A stretch of DNA of 52,373 nucleotides, filler included, from Squatina squatina (lineage: Eukaryota), in assembly GCA_031763465.1 (NCBI GenBank). It is 3 parts of 3 records of this genome, joined end to end, with 100 filler letters (N's around TTAATTAATTAA, not from the genome) between each part and the next. Parts side by side here need not be neighbours in the genome. Positions count along the whole stretch, not along the records: positions 38,556 to 52,373 come from JARFOE010000192.1; 2 more parts are not named here. One strand, 5' to 3'. This document shows, one piece after another, positions 48,597 through 52,373 of this stretch. Both the position numbers and the translations under genes were made by a program. The notes beneath the pieces were generated by a model that saw nothing but the letters and a program-made list of their open reading frames with translations, did no database searches and was not told where the DNA came from. Each line of letters begins with the position of its first letter. Positions within the stretch are counted from its first letter, which is position 1.

Positions 48597-51500
48597 TGTT
48601 GCCTGCAGGAAGGCAAAGGAATTGGAAAGAAATATAAAAACTGTGACATTTTCTTTGTTCCCTTTGGGCGGAAAAGATGAGAAGTTGGTGGAATTTTCTC
48701 AAGCCGCTATTCAAAGGATTTTGTTGCACAAAGGTTATTTGACTAATTATGTGCACTTAACTAATAAGGTCCTGCACGCTGTACAAGACCAGTAACATTA
48801 ACTTTGCACTTTATTACCATGTATCCAGGATTATTCAGCTGTAATTAGAATCTTATTACACTCTGGTCCCTTTAGGTATGTCTTTAAGTGAGCAACCCTG
48901 TTCTGAATACTTTCTATGAAATTACAATCATTTATAGCCAGTCGACAGAACANNNNNNNNNNNNNNNNNNNNNNNNNNNNNNNNNNNNNNNNNNNNNNNN
49001 NNNNNNNNNNNNNNNNNNNNNNNNNNNNNNNNNNNNNNNNNNNNNNNNNNNNGTCAGTAATTTGGGGGGGCGGGGGAAGAGATGGGGGTAAAGGGGAAAA
49101 AAAACCCTAATCTGAACAGAAATTTTACTCACTAGGGAAGAAAGCAGGTCTCAGTCACAGCTGGTTCAACCTCAGGTAAGATTACAAATCTTTTTGTCCT
49201 ATTAAATAGAGTTAAATACAGTTCCTTGCACTGCTCTGAGTGACAGTGGCTTCCTGCACTAACATTCTGTCAACAGCAATTTATTTCTTAAGAAGCAAGG
49301 AATTTCTGTCGACAAAGGGGAATCAAGCACAGGCACAATTTTACAGCAGGGGCTGGGCGGGTCACTTCCTCCACCTTCAATAAAGTAAAAAAATGCCTAA
49401 TAGCTTAAGAAGTCAAAAATCTTCCAAAGGAAAAAATGCGCACTTTCTACCAGCCTGCATGGCTGTGGGTCAGACAGAGCGATCTTTTTTTTTTGTCCTG
49501 GAACCCCCATTGGATAGTTTCAAGACTAAGGCATTTTCCTGAGGGCGTGGGTCACAGGGTTCGACAATGAAAGGAGGATCTGACCTTTGAATTGAGGGGT
49601 CACTTGGCATCTCTGCTTTGAGCAGCCCCTGCGCCAAGGTCTCTCAGATCTATGAATTTCAAAAACAAGACAATTGAGCTCAACTGTCTTGATGACAAAG
49701 CCGCAACTGTTTAGAATAACCGAGCATTCTTGAGTGAGGGATGGGATTTTAATCCTATCAGGGAAAGCAACTCTCTCCTGAGGCCTCTCTTTCCATCTCA
49801 AGGTCCACGTCTTCAGCCAAGCTTTTAGCCTCAGTTCCTGATCTGCTTTGGCAACTCTCAGTCTCAATCAGCAAGTACAAAGTACCATGGGATGTTTTTG
49901 ACTGAAATAAACACATTAATTTACATTATTGCTGTGGTCCTGCCTTTGGTTTTGCCATGGTGCTCATTTACCCGTTTTACTGGCATGTTTTATTTGTTTA
50001 TGCACTCGGTTTTTCCTTATTTAGTCTACATCCACGACCAACTCGTCTTTATCAAATGCACAATCTCAGTACATTGCGAATGCAGCCCGTTTCTGTGCAT
50101 CGAATCTACTGAAGACACTCCAGCGCACAACTCATTAGAAACAGGAAATAAACTGACATTTCACTTAAAAGCTGGACAATCTTTTAAAGACCACAACGGA
50201 CAAGTCGGAAACTGAAGCTGTAAAAATTTGATGTGCGATCATTGGTAACCTTTAAGAGGGTTTATTGAACTGAATTGCATCATTTCCAGTCTACCTCAAG
50301 AGATTAAAAAGGAGCATAAAGGGAATATTTAGCAACAGTATATAAGCTGCTGATCTGTAATTCTCTCTTAAGATAGTTTTTTTTTTAAATCACATGAATG
50401 TTTTATGTAGGTTGCCGAGCATTTCACAGAGCACAATGATGCATGACTATGGAACCACATCCAAAGGCGTGCTGTTGCCATGGTGAGGTGTCCTGAGACA
50501 TTTTACCATTTAGTGCACAGAGGACATCACCGTGCCCCCTCATCACTCTGGCCGCCAGTAATTTGGAATGTTCTCAGAACGCATTTGTTTCCAGCTGAGT
50601 TCCATATAATGGAAAATTGAGTCATTTTTAGAGGTGAACTTTCACCTGCTCCAGGTGTGCAGGGTGCCTGAATGTATCCCATAATTCCTCCTTGCGTATA
50701 ATGGACCACTGGATACAAGAAAAGTCGTGGAGAAACGGCCACTCGGTTTAGTAAAAACTCATCACTCTAAAGATGTCCACCTCCCACCCATGTCTTCAGT
50801 TTCTGAAAATCATTCACAACAAGAAGAGAATTTTTCTGAAATTGTCAGTTTAAGTGTGCAAGTACCAGNNNNNNNNNNCGTTTTTATTTCTCTTCGTACA
50901 CATTTTTGAAAAATGCCCCCAGCTGCTCCAACTTCTGCCCCTTCTATATCGCCCAACAGGGCCAGATCAATCTGAATATATCCTCTTGTCCCCAACGTTA
51001 GCATGTCTGCGCACAGCAGCACTGCGCCAGGCCCGAGCAGTCCATGACTGGGACAGCGGAGTAAGTAACATCTTTTTGGAGCAAGGCTGTGACTCAGGAG
51101 ATGAGGCTCTGTGTGTCTCTCTTCAGGGCAGGACAGGGGTCTGAGGATGCTGCCAAAGCCAGGGAAGGACGCAGCAGAGAAGAGAGCAATGAGGGAGATT
51201 GTAGGGGCCTTCCGTCTGTTGAAAGGGGGTGGTATCGCCCCGTTCTGGCCCTCGCTGTGGCTGCTGTAATCTTCCCCCCCTCCTCCCCCCACACCCCCAT
51301 ACCTAACGCTGCGTGGCTGGAGCACCCACCAGAGTCAGNNNNNNNNNNNNNNNNNNNNNNNNNNNNNNNNNNNNNNNNNNNNNNNNNNNNNNNNNNNNNN
51401 NNNNNNNNNNNNNNNNNNNNNNNNNNNNNNNNNNNNNNCGGAGTGAATTGTGCATGGTCTGTGGAATGAATGATGAATGGGCTTAATGGGCAGAATGACA

Positions 51501-52373
51501 TTTATCTCATCCCCTGCTTTCCTGTGTTCTTATGTTATACTTGGATCTCAATTCGCACATACTGTAGATAAGAATAGACACAATTGGTAAATCATTGTGC
51601 CACTACCCATTTAATCAATCATTAGGCCATACAATCTGTACAGAAACAGAATGCACTAAAACCCAAACTGATTTTGCACAAGAGCGTTCAGATCAGACTT
51701 CGGAAATATCCTGCAGACCCGCGGCAAAATTTGATCTTTGATTTTCTATATCTAGCATGCTGAGCAAGGAATGGGGAATGAGGGATACCTGAGAACAGTT
51801 ACAAGATACTCATCTAACTGATATCCTAAACCGTTAGCGTAACAGTCAGTCAGCAGCTGCAGCGTGCAGAGAATTTTAAAATGCACAATGGGGCGAGCGC
51901 TTCTCGTGTAGGGGTGGAAATGGCCAAAAGACACTTGTGTCCCCCAAGAACTTCGCACACTGATCTGCTTGCCTTGGCAAGCTTCGTAGCACAGAAATAA
52001 TCTGCATTTTTACGTGGGCGTCATTTTATGCTGAACTGAACATTTCACCCATCATCTGTCACATATTTTCAGCCTAATATTTGTAATTTGCAGCTAACAG
52101 TCTGACAAGTAAAATAAAAAGTGTGAACTCTCAGAGAAGCAAGTCCTGTCATACATTAGTCCGATGGGAGAGAGTAAAAGACATTCTTCCCTTCCCCGCT
52201 ATCCTTCTCCCTGTGAGTACAGCTGCTGTACAGACCATTGGAAATCATCACAATGGGTGGAGGGGCAGCTCAGACAGAAAAATAAATAGGGATCCAGAAG
52301 CTTAATTCCACTAAATCCATAAAATTCACTTCTAGGAAAATCATAAAAAGAACCTAATTAAAGCAATGTAAGA

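Noticed and set aside
50810-51500. GC-rich ORFs with a possible small intron (gtaagt at 51061, cag at about 51126)
   Set aside because: No similarity to PTPRN2 or any family I recognise, and the ORFs run through N gaps.

Overview
Vertebrate (most likely shark/cartilaginous fish) draft genomic DNA. It is not one locus. Two artificial six-frame-stop linkers (N44-TTAATTAATTAA-N44 at 18903-19002 and 38456-38555) join three unrelated pieces, each broken by further N gaps. Piece A (1-18902) is a repeat-dense region of CR1 and L2 LINEs, Harbinger remnants and a degenerate satellite. It holds two pseudogenes of the shark-expanded GPR139/GPR142-like GPCR family and, at about 800-1820, a decayed reading frame with several collinear motif matches to foamy-virus (Spumaretrovirinae) Gag. 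That candidate endogenous foamy-virus fragment is the most novel signal in the window. Piece B (19003-38455) holds coding exons 2 and 3 of a butyrylcholinesterase-like gene with an unusual active-site gorge, followed by SLITRK3, which matches the human BCHE-SLITRK3 synteny. Piece C (38556-52373) holds one transmembrane exon of PTPRN2 (minus strand), a 43-bp satellite and otherwise non-coding sequence. All protein comparisons were made by eye from remembered reference sequences; no database search was run.
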